Positions 47,664 to 56,756 of a stretch of DNA of 64,000 bases are shown here, piece by piece. A model generated the notes under the pieces. It was not told the DNA's origin, ran no database searches, and worked only from the letters and a program-made list of their open reading frames with translations. Origin of the DNA: Dehalococcoidia bacterium (GTDB taxonomy: Bacteria > Chloroflexota > Dehalococcoidia > UBA2979); contig CBDDEC010000004.1 in the NCBI GenBank assembly GCA_965226785.1, positions 66,998 through 130,997 on the forward strand, written 5' to 3'. Within the stretch, counting starts at the first letter, position 1, and each line of letters starts with the position of its first letter. Made by a program: the position numbers and the translations under genes.

Positions 47664-49109
47664 TCAGATGTAGACGCCGGGAGTCGCCAGCTGGCTCATG
47701 ATCTCCGCCGCATGCCCGGACGCGCAGCCGTGCCCGGTCGGGAGCACCTTGCACGGATTGAAGCGATCGGGCGCGCCGAAGGCGAGCCGAACGCGCTCCT
47801 GGGCGTCAAGGTCGTGCTCGCCGAAGATCCATGACATGTAGCTGCGCTTCTCGAGTCCCACACCATGCTCGCCGGAGATCGATCCACCGGCATCGACGCA
47901 GAGGCGCATGATCTCGCCGCCGAGCTCAAGCACGCGCTCAGTCGATCCCTCGACCTGCGGGTCGAACATGATGTTCGGGTGCAGGTTGCCGTCGCCGGCG
48001 TGGAAGATGTTGGCGCAGCGGAAGCCATACCGGTCCGCCAGCTCCATGACCCCGATCATCACTTCGGGCAGTCGCGTGCGAGGCACCACGCCGTCGAGGA
48101 GATAGAACGCCGGCGCCGCCGCGCCAATGGCGCCGATGCCGGCCTTGCGTCCCTCCCACAGCCGCTCACGCTCGGGCTCGGTCTCGGCGACGCGCACTTC
48201 GCGCGCGCCGGCGCCTTCGCACGCCTCGACCACCGCCTGGGCCTCGATCGCCACGCCCTCCTCGCGACCCTCGACCTCGATCAGCAGCACGGCGCCGGCA
48301 TCGAGGGGGTAGCCGGCGTTGATGCGCGGCTCGACGATCTGGATGATCTCGCGGTCGAGCATCTCCATCGCCACCGGGATGATCCCGCGCCTGATCACCG
48401 CCGAGACCGCCTCGCAGGCGTCGGCGACCGAGTCGAAGATGCCGAGCAACGTGCGCACCGACGGTGCCAGTGGCATCAGCTTGACTGTGATCTCGGTTAC
48501 GACGCCCAGCGTGCCCTCGGACCCCACGAGGAGCCCCCGCAGGTCGACGCCCGGCGTGTCGGGCAGACGGCCGCCCAGGCGGGTGATGCGCCCGTCGGGC
48601 AGGACCACCTCGAGGCCGAGCACGTGGTTCACGGTCGATCCGTGCGCCAGCGTGTGCGGCCCGCCAGAGTTGTTCGCGATGTTGCCGCCGAGGGTGCAGA
48701 CACGCTGCGAAGACGGGTCCGGCGCGTAGATCAGTCCGTGGGGCGCGACCGCGTCTTGGAGCGAGAGGTTGATCACGCCCGGCTGCACGACGGCCACGCG
48801 GTTCTCGGGATCGACCTCGATGATGCGATTCATCCTCGTCATCACGACCAGCACGCCGCCGAGCACGGCGATGGCGCCGCCTGAGAGGCCGGTGCCGGAG
48901 CCCCGAGGGATCACCGGCTGTTCGTACCGCTCCGCGATGCGAAGCGCGGCAGCGACCTCCTCGGTCGACGCCGGGAAGACGACGACGTCCGGGCGTGCAC
49001 GGTCGATCGTCGCGTCGTACTCGTACGCGACGAGGTCTTCCGGTGCGGATAGCACATGCTCGGCGCCTACGGCGTGCTGAAGGTCGCGCACGAGGGGAGT
49101 CGTCGCCAT
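47664..49109 (-). CDS. glcD: Glycolate oxidase subunit GlcD-type FAD-linked oxidase
   Basis: VIPRGSGTGLSGGA...HAGDGNLHPNI...GGSISGEHGVGLEK. Start at ATG 49109. Confidence 0.88.
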   Translation of the reverse strand: MATTPLVRDLQHAVGAEHVLSAPEDLVAYEYDATIDRARPDVVVFPASTEEVAAALRIAERYEQPVIPRGSGTGLSGGAIAVLGGVLVVMTRMNRIIEVDPENRVAVVQPGVINLSLQDAVAPHGLIYAPDPSSQRVCTLGGNIANNSGGPHTLAHGSTVNHVLGLEVVLPDGRITRLGGRLPDTPGVDLRGLLVGSEGTLGVVTEITVKLMPLAPSVRTLLGIFDSVADACEAVSAVIRRGIIPVAMEMLDREIIQIVEPRINAGYPLDAGAVLLIEVEGREEGVAIEAQAVVEACEGAGAREVRVAETEPERERLWEGRKAGIGAIGAAAPAFYLLDGVVPRTRLPEVMIGVMELADRYGFRCANIFHAGDGNLHPNIMFDPQVEGSTERVLELGGEIMRLCVDAGGSISGEHGVGLEKRSYMSWIFGEHDLDAQERVRLAFGAPDRFNPCKVLPTGHGCASGHAAEIMSQLATPGVYI

Positions 49110-49188
49110 AGTGCCACGAGTGTAGCATCGCGCCACTGGCGGCCCCTCTCAGGTCGCCCCAGAGGCACCGCATCCGGAAGGGACGAGG

Positions 49189-49947
49189 ATGGACGTCGCA
49201 GGCAAGGTGGCACTGGTAACGGGATCCTCGGCGGGCGTCGGGCGGGCCACGGTCGAGCAGCTCGCAGCCCTGGGCGCGAAGGTCGTCGTCAACTACGCCC
49301 ACTCGGAGGCCGACGCGGACGAGACCGGCGAGGGCATCCGCGCGGCGGGCGGTGAAGCGATTGCGGTCCAGGCCGATGTCGGCGACGACACGCAGTGTCG
49401 CGCCCTCGTGCGGCGCGCGGTCGACGAGTTCGGCGCGTTGCACATTCTGGTGAACAACGCCGGGACGACGCACTTCATCGCGCACGCGGACCTCGAGGCG
49501 GTGACGGACGACGTCTGGGACGACATCCTTGGGGTGAACGTGCGCGGCGTCTTCAACTGCACCCGCGCGGCAGCGCCGCACATGAAGGCGGCCGGCGAGG
49601 GCGCGGTCGTCAACGTCGCCTCAATCGCGGGCGTGCGCGGCGTTGGCTCGTCGATTCCGTATGCCGTGTCGAAGGCGGGCGTGATCAACATGACGATGTC
49701 GCTGGCGCGGGTCCTCGGACCCGAGGTGCGTGTCAACTGCATCGCGCCCGGTTTCATCGACGGCCGCTGGCTCCGAGGCGGCATCGGCGAGGGGTACGAG
49801 CAGGCGAAGGCAGCGACCGCCGCGCGCACGCCGCTGCAGGGCGTGGCCACGCCCGAGACCTGTGCCGACGCGATCCTCGCGTTCATTCAGTCCAACATCT
49901 TCGTCACCGGCCAGACCATCGTGGTCGACGGTGGATCGAGCCTCTAG
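49189..49947 (+). CDS. SDR family oxidoreductase
   Basis: TGSSAGVGRA, NNAG and YAVSKAG motifs are present. Confidence 0.88.
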   Translation: MDVAGKVALVTGSSAGVGRATVEQLAALGAKVVVNYAHSEADADETGEGIRAAGGEAIAVQADVGDDTQCRALVRRAVDEFGALHILVNNAGTTHFIAHADLEAVTDDVWDDILGVNVRGVFNCTRAAAPHMKAAGEGAVVNVASIAGVRGVGSSIPYAVSKAGVINMTMSLARVLGPEVRVNCIAPGFIDGRWLRGGIGEGYEQAKAATAARTPLQGVATPETCADAILAFIQSNIFVTGQTIVVDGGSSL

Positions 49948-49949
49948 GC

Positions 49950-50780
49950 GTGCGCGAGGGTGGCGGCGCCGCCTCGACATTCGATCTCGGCGACCTCGAT
50001 CGCGTCCGTGACGGCCTCGAGCGCGCCGTGCACGCGGCCAACGATGCGATCCGAGGGGTGGTGTCCCAGGCGGAGATCCGTGTCGGTCACAAGCCGGGCG
50101 AAGGCCCGGTCACCGAGGCGGACCACGCCGCCGACGACGTGCTCCATCGCGAGCTGATGCCGCTGATCGAGGGCGCGCACTGGCTCTCCGAGGAATCGCG
50201 TCAGGAGGGCGACATCGTGCGCGGCGAGCCCACCTGGGTCGTCGACCCCCTGGACGGGACGCGCGAGTTCCTTCGTGGGATCCCTGAATTCGGTGTCTCG
50301 GTCGGCCTGTTCTTCGGCGATACGCTGGTGCTCGGTGCGGTCGGGCTGCCGGTGGAGCAGGCGGTGCTCAGCGGTCTCATCGCCGGCGATCGTCGCGAGG
50401 CGCGGCGCGACGGCGAGCCGCTCGAGGCGCTGTCCGGCGACGCTGCTGTGCGGCGCGTGGTGGTCTCCCGGCACGACTACGAGTGGCGCGAAATCCAGTA
50501 CGCCATCCCCTACGACGTCTATCCGTGTGGCTCGGCCGCCGTGAAACTCGTGCGCGCCGCCGAGGGCGATGTCTACTTCTCGACCGGGCCTCGGTCGGTC
50601 TGGGACGTGGCCGGTGGTGCGGCGCTGCTGCGCGCGGTCGGCGGCGATCTGATTGGCATCGACGGCGCGCCGGTCCCGCTCTCTCCGCTCCACGAGGGTG
50701 TGCCGCCCTACGCGGCCGCGACGCCCCACGCGGCGATCGAGTTGTTGACGCGCGTCGGGGTGCTCCAGCAGCCGAGTTAG
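49950..50780 (+). CDS. Inositol monophosphatase / CysQ family phosphatase
   Basis: The GTG 49950 frame shows TEADHAADD, WVVDPLDGTREF and WDVAGGAALL motifs. Confidence 0.8.
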   Translation: MREGGGAASTFDLGDLDRVRDGLERAVHAANDAIRGVVSQAEIRVGHKPGEGPVTEADHAADDVLHRELMPLIEGAHWLSEESRQEGDIVRGEPTWVVDPLDGTREFLRGIPEFGVSVGLFFGDTLVLGAVGLPVEQAVLSGLIAGDRREARRDGEPLEALSGDAAVRRVVVSRHDYEWREIQYAIPYDVYPCGSAAVKLVRAAEGDVYFSTGPRSVWDVAGGAALLRAVGGDLIGIDGAPVPLSPLHEGVPPYAAATPHAAIELLTRVGVLQQPS

Positions 50781-51430
50781 CTCGAGCCCTCGGCTGGTCG
50801 CTGCGCGATCACCAGGAACAGTGGATCGCCCTCGGCGGGAGAACGGTCGACGAACATCGGCTCGCCATAGCCGCCCGCCAGCGAGAAGTAGCTGGCCACG
50901 AGGCGGATCCGATCCTCGTTTGAGAGCGACTGCCAGACGGCGATTGCCTTCGTCGGGAACATGCGGTGAGAGAACGCGACGATGTGCGATCCCCCGGGTC
51001 GCAACACCCGTGCCACCGAGGCGAACACTTCCCGCGGCCGGGTCAGGTACTGCACCGACACGGCGTTTACGACGAAGTCGAACGAGGCCTCCTCGTAGGG
51101 GAGTTCGGGGTCAGTGTTGAGGTCGTGCACGACATAATCCGAGAGCTGCGGATTCTCCGCGAGCTCAGTGGCGCTCATCCCGAGGCCTGCCACGCGACCG
51201 TGCTCCACCTCCGGCGGGAGGTGCGAGATCCATGACGACATCAGGTCGAGCACATCCGAGCCCGGCGGAATGGTCTCGCGGTAAGTCTGGGTCAGCGCCT
51301 CGATGGTCGAGTCGTCGATGTGCGTGACGAAGCGCGGCTCGGCGTAGAAGAAGCGGTCGGCGCTCGTGTCCTGGCGTTGGAAGAAGTGCTCGGGGAACGA
51401 CGGCCCGTCCGAGGGCGTTTCGGGTGTCAC
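50777..51430 (-). CDS. Class I SAM-dependent methyltransferase
   Basis: The VLDLMSSW (motif I region) ...FDFVVNAVSVQYL...LRPGG pattern is present. The 3-prime ends of this gene and the IMPase gene overlap convergently by 4 nt. Confidence 0.8.
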   Translation of the reverse strand: MTPETPSDGPSFPEHFFQRQDTSADRFFYAEPRFVTHIDDSTIEALTQTYRETIPPGSDVLDLMSSWISHLPPEVEHGRVAGLGMSATELAENPQLSDYVVHDLNTDPELPYEEASFDFVVNAVSVQYLTRPREVFASVARVLRPGGSHIVAFSHRMFPTKAIAVWQSLSNEDRIRLVASYFSLAGGYGEPMFVDRSPAEGDPLFLVIAQRPAEGSS

Positions 51431-51582
51431 GGGCCGCCCAGGTCCTCGCGCTCCGCGATCACACGGAAGAAGAGGTGTTGGTCGTAGCCGTCGACCGCCG
51501 GCAGCTCACGCGACGCCACCCGCGGTGGGGAGGGGCGTAGCGGCCGCGCGAGGGCGGAGAGTGCCGATGCGATGGTGCTCAC
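51427..51582 (-). CDS. Small ORF (51 aa) translationally coupled (GTGA) to the methyltransferase
   Basis: My own translation: VSTIASALSALARPLRPSPPRVASRELPAVDGYDQHLFFRVIAEREDLGGP. GC3 is high. It falls below the track length cut-off. Confidence 0.3.
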   Translation of the reverse strand: MSTIASALSALARPLRPSPPRVASRELPAVDGYDQHLFFRVIAEREDLGGP

Positions 51583-51597
51583 GTTCCGATTCTACGG

Positions 51598-52923
51598 TCA
51601 GGGCGTTTCGTAGTCGCGGAAGCCGCGTGCGAAGACGAAGAGCGCGAGGGCGGCGCAGAAGCAGATCACGCCGAAGACGATCTGCGCGACCTGGACGCCC
51701 TGCCACGCGGCGAGCAGCCCGCCGGCCGCCGCTCCCGCCACCGTCATCGCGCGGTCGAGCGACATCAGGCTGACGACGCGACCGCGCATCTCCTCGGGCG
51801 CCGCTGTCAGCAGCGTCGAGTTCGACAGCGACATGTACGAGGTCTGCATCGCACCAGCTGCCATCACGAAGACGAACGGGAGGAGCAGGCCGGCCGGGTG
51901 AGGCAGGTAGGTGCTGAGCGAGAACAGCACGAGCACGATCCCCATGCCCATCGTTACGGCCGGCAGCCACAGGCCCGTCCGGCGAGGCATCACAGTGGCG
52001 ATCAGCAGCGTCATCAGCAGGGCGCCAATGCCACTGAAGCTGAGCAGCAGCCCGAAGCCCGTGCCACCGGTGTCGAGCACCGTCCGCGCGAACAGCGGCG
52101 CGAAGACCTGCATCCACGACTGGCCGAACGCGAAGTAGACGAGCGAGAGCAGCAGCACGCCTCGGATCGCCGGTTGGCTGGCCGCGTAGCGCATGCCTTC
52201 GACGAGGCTTGCGCCCATCGCGCGGAACGTTCGCTCGCCCTCGCCGCCGCGTTCCGGTGTCTTGACCGAGAGCAGGGCGGTCGAGAGCACCGCGCCGGAG
52301 TAGATGACCGTGATGATCACGAAGGTCATGTCGACCCCGACCCAGTCGAGAACGAACCCGGCGCTCGCCGCGCCGACGATGCGCATCGTGTTCTGCGTCG
52401 CGCTTATCAGCGCCACAGCGTTGGTGACCAAGTGCCGCGGCACGGACGCAGCGACCAGCGATTGCCGTGCCGGCTGGTCGAAGGCCATGAAGAAGCCTCT
52501 GGCGAACGAGAACGCGTAGACGTGCCAGAGCTCGATGTTGCCGCTGAGCAGCAGCGCCGCGAAGAGGAAGTTCAGCACCAGCACACCGCTCTTGGTCGCG
52601 AGCAGCACGCGTTTGCGGTCGAACCGGTCAGCGATCACGCCGGCCCAGACGCCGAACAGCAGCATCGGCACGGTTCTCGTCGCCACGACGCCGCCGACGT
52701 GGGCGGCGCTGTCGTTGGTCAGTTCGAGGACCAGCCAGGGGGCGGCGATCTGCTCCATCCAGAGCGCGCCGGCGTGGCTCGCCTGGCCGAGCCAGAGCAG
52801 CCGGTAGTTGGGGAAGCGCAGCGAGGAGAACGTCGAGTAGCGGCCGGAAGGTGGCTGTTCGGTGTGCTCAGGGGCGTCCGAGGGGACGTCGGGCGGACGC
52901 CGCGGGGGACTGGTCGTCGCCAC
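51598..52923 (-). CDS. MFS transporter
   Basis: 441 aa with 12 TM helices. The N-terminus reads FRFPNYRLLWLGQ and the loop motif is IADRFDRKR. Confidence 0.88.
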   Translation of the reverse strand: MATTSPPRRPPDVPSDAPEHTEQPPSGRYSTFSSLRFPNYRLLWLGQASHAGALWMEQIAAPWLVLELTNDSAAHVGGVVATRTVPMLLFGVWAGVIADRFDRKRVLLATKSGVLVLNFLFAALLLSGNIELWHVYAFSFARGFFMAFDQPARQSLVAASVPRHLVTNAVALISATQNTMRIVGAASAGFVLDWVGVDMTFVIITVIYSGAVLSTALLSVKTPERGGEGERTFRAMGASLVEGMRYAASQPAIRGVLLLSLVYFAFGQSWMQVFAPLFARTVLDTGGTGFGLLLSFSGIGALLMTLLIATVMPRRTGLWLPAVTMGMGIVLVLFSLSTYLPHPAGLLLPFVFVMAAGAMQTSYMSLSNSTLLTAAPEEMRGRVVSLMSLDRAMTVAGAAAGGLLAAWQGVQVAQIVFGVICFCAALALFVFARGFRDYETP

Positions 52924-52964
52924 GCAGCTCCCCGCTCAGATTCGTCGCCTGCCGAGAGCCGATG

Positions 52965-53540
52965 TTATGTCTGAGTGCTATCTCTAGCAAGCGAGGCCGC
53001 TTCAATCTCGTCGGCGAGGCTGGTCAGGTCGGCCACCCGCGTCACCTCCGGTGAGTACGCGGCGTTCCGGTTGCGCGGCCAGTCCCGCAGGTACGAGCGC
53101 GTCGATGAGACCTCCGCGATCAACTGCGCAGTGCGGCCGTCGTCGTCGATGTGCTCACGGGCGCCGAGCGCCTCGACGCTGCCGAGCTTGAAGTGCGGGC
53201 TGCGCAGCGAGCCGCCGTTGAAGACCACGTCGTCGACGTGCATCTCGAGCCCATAGTGCCGCAGCCACTTCTGCGGATCGGAGCGGCGGCCGGTCAGTAC
53301 CACCAACTGTCGGTGCACGGCGAGCCGCTCGAGCGCCGCTGCCGCCTCGGGCAGTGGCCGGCGGATGCCGAACCGGATCGCGTCGAGGGGACCGCCGATC
53401 CAGCGTGGCCACACGAGCGCACGAGTGGGCTCTGCGGTCGGGTCGAGGAACGCGGTCGAGATGCCGAGGTTCTGGCCGAGCACCGGCGCGCAGATCACGC
53501 CATCGAGGTCGAGCGTCAGCACGGGCTTGGAGTCGTTCAT
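52965..53540 (-). CDS. HAD-superfamily-like hydrolase
   Basis: N-terminal motif I is LTLDLDGVI, with a later VVLTGRR. Confidence 0.5.
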   Translation of the reverse strand: MNDSKPVLTLDLDGVICAPVLGQNLGISTAFLDPTAEPTRALVWPRWIGGPLDAIRFGIRRPLPEAAAALERLAVHRQLVVLTGRRSDPQKWLRHYGLEMHVDDVVFNGGSLRSPHFKLGSVEALGAREHIDDDGRTAQLIAEVSSTRSYLRDWPRNRNAAYSPEVTRVADLTSLADEIEAASLARDSTQT

Positions 53541-53806
53541 GCCTCGACCTCCGCTTCTTTCCTCGCAGCGTAGAACGAGATCGCGACGCCGAGCGCGAAC
53601 GCGGCAAGGCCGATCAGCGCTGCCTCGCGCTCGATGAACGCCGCGAGCGAGAGCGTCCCCACCGCGGCGAGCGCCGGGATGATCGGCACCCGTGCGACGG
53701 TCAGCGGCAGCTGGAACGGCCGGTCGTGTTCGGGCTGCGTGAACCGGAGGCGGATCACGGACAGGTTGAGGCGCGGTGTCGCCGCCGCGCCCGGGCCGGT
53801 GGTCAC
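53537..53806 (-). CDS. 89-aa membrane protein resembling the last two TM helices of an APC-family amino-acid permease
   Basis: VIRLRFTQPEHDRPFQLPL..VPIIPALAAVGTLSLAAF...IGLAAFALGVAISFYAARKE matches the permease C-terminal RRxxPDLxRPFRVP pattern. It has GTGA/ATGA overlaps on both sides and high GC3. Confidence 0.5.
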   Translation of the reverse strand: MTTGPGAAATPRLNLSVIRLRFTQPEHDRPFQLPLTVARVPIIPALAAVGTLSLAAFIEREAALIGLAAFALGVAISFYAARKEAEVEA

Positions 53807-56307
53807 ACGATGACCGGCGGCTCAGGTGGTGGCTGGGGCGGGATGCCCGGCGGGAGCGGCGTGGGCTCGCCGGTCGATGTCAGCACCGGCGCCTCGGAGA
53901 GCCCTTGCTGCGGGTGCTCCCGCACTTCGCGGAAGTACTCGCCGAGACGGTCTTCGACCATGCGGAAGATCGTGCCCTCTGGGTGGTGCCCGTCCTCGTC
54001 GCGCTGGCCGCCCGCGGGCACGCCGGTCAGCAACTCGATGCCCTCCTCGATGGTCTCGATCGCCCAGATCTGGAAGTCGCCGGCCTCTACCGCCGCCGCG
54101 ACGTCAGGCCTGAGGACGACGTTTTCGACGTTGTCCTTCGGGATCATCACACCGTGCGAGCCGTCGAGCCCTCGCTGGCGGCAGACGTCGAAGAACCCCT
54201 CGATCTTTGCCGTCGCGCCGCCGATCGGCTGGATGCGCCCGTGCTGGTCTACCGACCCGGTGACAGCGATCGACTGGTTGATCGGCTGCCCGGACAGTGA
54301 CGACAGCAGCGCGTACAGCTCCGTCGAGGAGGCTGAGTCGCCGTCGATGTCGCCGTAGAGCTGCTCGAACGTCAGGCTGGCGTGCAGCCCGGCCGCGCGG
54401 TGCTGGCCGAAGCGGCTGGCCAGGAACCCGCGGAGGATCAAGAACCCTTTGTTGTGGATGCGACCCGCCATGTCCGAATCGCGCTCCACCATTACGATCG
54501 CGCCACGCCCGGCTGAAGTGACGCAGGTGATGCGCGAGGGACGCCCGAACGCAATGTCGCCGAGGTCGTACACGGACAGTGCGTTGATCTGCCCGACCGC
54601 CTCGCCCTCCGTCTGCACGTAGATCGCGCCCTCGTCGATCGCCGCCTTGATGCGGTCGGCGACCAGCGATGAGCGGTACACCCGTTCGTCGAGTGCGCGC
54701 TCGACGTGAACCGCGTCGACGACGGACTCGCCCTCGGCATTCGCCCAGTAGGCCGCCTGCTTGATGATGTCGAGCAGCCCCGCGAGGTTCGCCGAGAGCC
54801 GCCGCTGGTCCTCGACTGAGCGCGAGGAGAATTCCACGAGCTGTGCGACCGCTTCCATCGTGAAGCAGCCAAGATCGGCGCGGGCGCACTGGGAGCGCAC
54901 GAAGTGCGCGAGCCCAAGCGTGTTCACCTCGGAACGCTCGAAGTCGGTCTCGAAGTCCGCCTTGACGCGGAACAGCTCGCGGAAGTCGGGGTCGAAGCGG
55001 TAGAGCATCGAGTAGAGCTGCGGTTCGCCGACGATGACAACTTTGATGTCGAGCGGGATCGGCTCCGGCCGTAGACCGATCGTCGGTACCAGGTCGTAGG
55101 CCTCGCCCATGTTCTCGATCGCGAGCGATCGCGATATCAGTGCGCGCTTGAGGCCATCCAGGGAGACGGGTTGTGTCAGCAGGTCACGCAGACGGATGAG
55201 GATGAAACCGCCGTTGGCCTCCGCCAGGGAGCCGGGCTTGATCAACGTGTGGTCGGTGGCCACGGTTCCCAGCCGGCCCTGGTACTCAATGCGGCCCAGC
55301 AGGTTGTAGAACGTCGGGTGCGTCTCGCGGATCACCGGCGCACCCTGCGAGGGGTCGTGCGTGACGAGCACGTTGACCTCGTACGGTCGGCGCAGCGCGG
55401 CTCCGTTCGGCGGGGCAAGGCCGGCGATCGGCCCCGCCGGCTGTTCGGGCGCGCGCAGGATGTCGCGCCGTTCCTCGATGTCGTCGCGCACGCCATCGAG
55501 GAAGTTCGCGATCTCGGGATCGTCACCAAAGCGGTTCCGCACATCCTGGACGTGGTGCTCCACGGCGAAGCGCGCGACCTCCTCGTCCAGCGTCCGAGCG
55601 CCCTCGGCGGCCTCGCGCTCCAGCGCCCGAATCGCCAGCAGTGCCTCCTGCACGGTCTGTTCGAGGTCGGCGCGGCGCGTCTGGATCTGCTCGCGCACGC
55701 GCTCATCGAGCGCCAGGAACTGCTCTTCGGTGAGCGGATTGCCGTCCTGCAGCGGGGCCGAGAGGATCCCGGCGGGCGTGATCTGCAGCGCGAAGCCCAT
55801 CTCCGTTGCTACGCTCTGCAACTCCTCGAGGAGCGCCGCGCGTCGCTGTTCGATGTCGGTCGCCAGCGCCTGCCGCCGGCGCGCGTAGTCGTCGGACTCG
55901 AACGCCGCGCGCAGTTCGGCGATCGCATCCTCGACGGCCTGCGACACCTGCGAGGCGAAGGCGCGGCCCTGGCCGGCCGGCAGGGCGATGCCGACCGGGC
56001 GGTCCGGATCCTCGAAGTTGTGGACGTAGATCCAGTCGCTGGGCGCGGGCATCTGTGCGGCGCGACGCCGCAGGAAGCTCTCGACGATCGTGGCCTTGCC
56101 GAAGCCGTCGGGCCCGGCGGCGAAGAGGTTGTAGCCCGGCGCCTCCATGCCCAGCGCGAACTCGATCGCGCGCACGGCGCGTTCCTGGCCAAAGACGGCA
56201 TCGAGGACGGGCAGCTCATCGGTGGTCTCGAAAGGGAGCCACGCCGGGTCACAGCGCGCCGTCACATCCTCGACGCCTAGCCGGAGCGAGTCGTGCAGAT
56301 CCGCCAT
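53803..56307 (-). CDS. Lon-like ATP-dependent protease (AAA_32 N-terminal ATPase plus Lon S16 C-terminal domain)
   Basis: 834 aa: FGQERAVRAIEFALGMEAPGYNLFAAGPDGFGKATIV..PSDWIYVHNF. The C-terminal region has the Lon catalytic pattern DGDSASSTELYALLS...AVTGSVDQHGRIQPIGG. Confidence 0.8.
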   Translation of the reverse strand: MADLHDSLRLGVEDVTARCDPAWLPFETTDELPVLDAVFGQERAVRAIEFALGMEAPGYNLFAAGPDGFGKATIVESFLRRRAAQMPAPSDWIYVHNFEDPDRPVGIALPAGQGRAFASQVSQAVEDAIAELRAAFESDDYARRRQALATDIEQRRAALLEELQSVATEMGFALQITPAGILSAPLQDGNPLTEEQFLALDERVREQIQTRRADLEQTVQEALLAIRALEREAAEGARTLDEEVARFAVEHHVQDVRNRFGDDPEIANFLDGVRDDIEERRDILRAPEQPAGPIAGLAPPNGAALRRPYEVNVLVTHDPSQGAPVIRETHPTFYNLLGRIEYQGRLGTVATDHTLIKPGSLAEANGGFILIRLRDLLTQPVSLDGLKRALISRSLAIENMGEAYDLVPTIGLRPEPIPLDIKVVIVGEPQLYSMLYRFDPDFRELFRVKADFETDFERSEVNTLGLAHFVRSQCARADLGCFTMEAVAQLVEFSSRSVEDQRRLSANLAGLLDIIKQAAYWANAEGESVVDAVHVERALDERVYRSSLVADRIKAAIDEGAIYVQTEGEAVGQINALSVYDLGDIAFGRPSRITCVTSAGRGAIVMVERDSDMAGRIHNKGFLILRGFLASRFGQHRAAGLHASLTFEQLYGDIDGDSASSTELYALLSSLSGQPINQSIAVTGSVDQHGRIQPIGGATAKIEGFFDVCRQRGLDGSHGVMIPKDNVENVVLRPDVAAAVEAGDFQIWAIETIEEGIELLTGVPAGGQRDEDGHHPEGTIFRMVEDRLGEYFREVREHPQQGLSEAPVLTSTGEPTPLPPGIPPQPPPEPPVIV

Positions 56308-56337
56308 CGGTACCTCCGTCAGGTCAGCCGCGAACGC

Positions 56338-56686
56338 TCAACGCGCCACGGGTTCGAACGCCGAGACGACCTCGGCGGGGCTCAACGACGGCTCGCGGTG
56401 CAGGAGCCGCTCGGCCACGCCGGTCGCGTCCCCCGCCCGCCGCGGGCGTCAGGCGCACGAACTTCGCGGCGATGTCATCCTCGTCGATACCGCTCTCCGG
56501 GTCGCCGGCCGGGCGATCGACCCGTGCCTCATGCTCGCTGCCGTCGAGGAGACACACGCGCACAATTGGCGGCACCTCGGCCGTGGCGGTGAAGTGAGCG
56601 AGGGCCTCTGTCGCGCAGTCGTGCTCATCGTCGGCCTCTTCTGCGGCTTCGTTCGTTCGGGACAGTGTATCGAAGCCGCTCGTCAC
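56338..56686 (-). CDS. Small ORF resembling an MmgE/PrpD-family C-terminal segment, with a +1 frame break at the C5/G5 run 56430-56434
   Basis: ...VRVCLLDGSEHEARVDRPAGDPESGIDEDDIAAKFVRLTPAAGG, then a high-GC3 continuation DATGVAERLLHREPSLSPAEVVSAFEPVAR in the next frame. Both the start (GTG 56686) and the family call are tentative. Confidence 0.3.
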
Positions 56687-56756
56687 AGCGGTGCGGCGAT
56701 GCGACACTCGCGCCCTTGCGGGCGCGTGGACGCTCGCGACAGGAGCGGAGACGCGG

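Noticed and set aside
56341-56375. A GGTTCGAAC string resembling a tRNA T-loop, checked as a possible tRNA-Sec.
   Set aside because: The flanking bases cannot form a T-stem or acceptor stem, and the region is better explained as coding. No other intergenic region of 90 nt or more shows cloverleaf potential.
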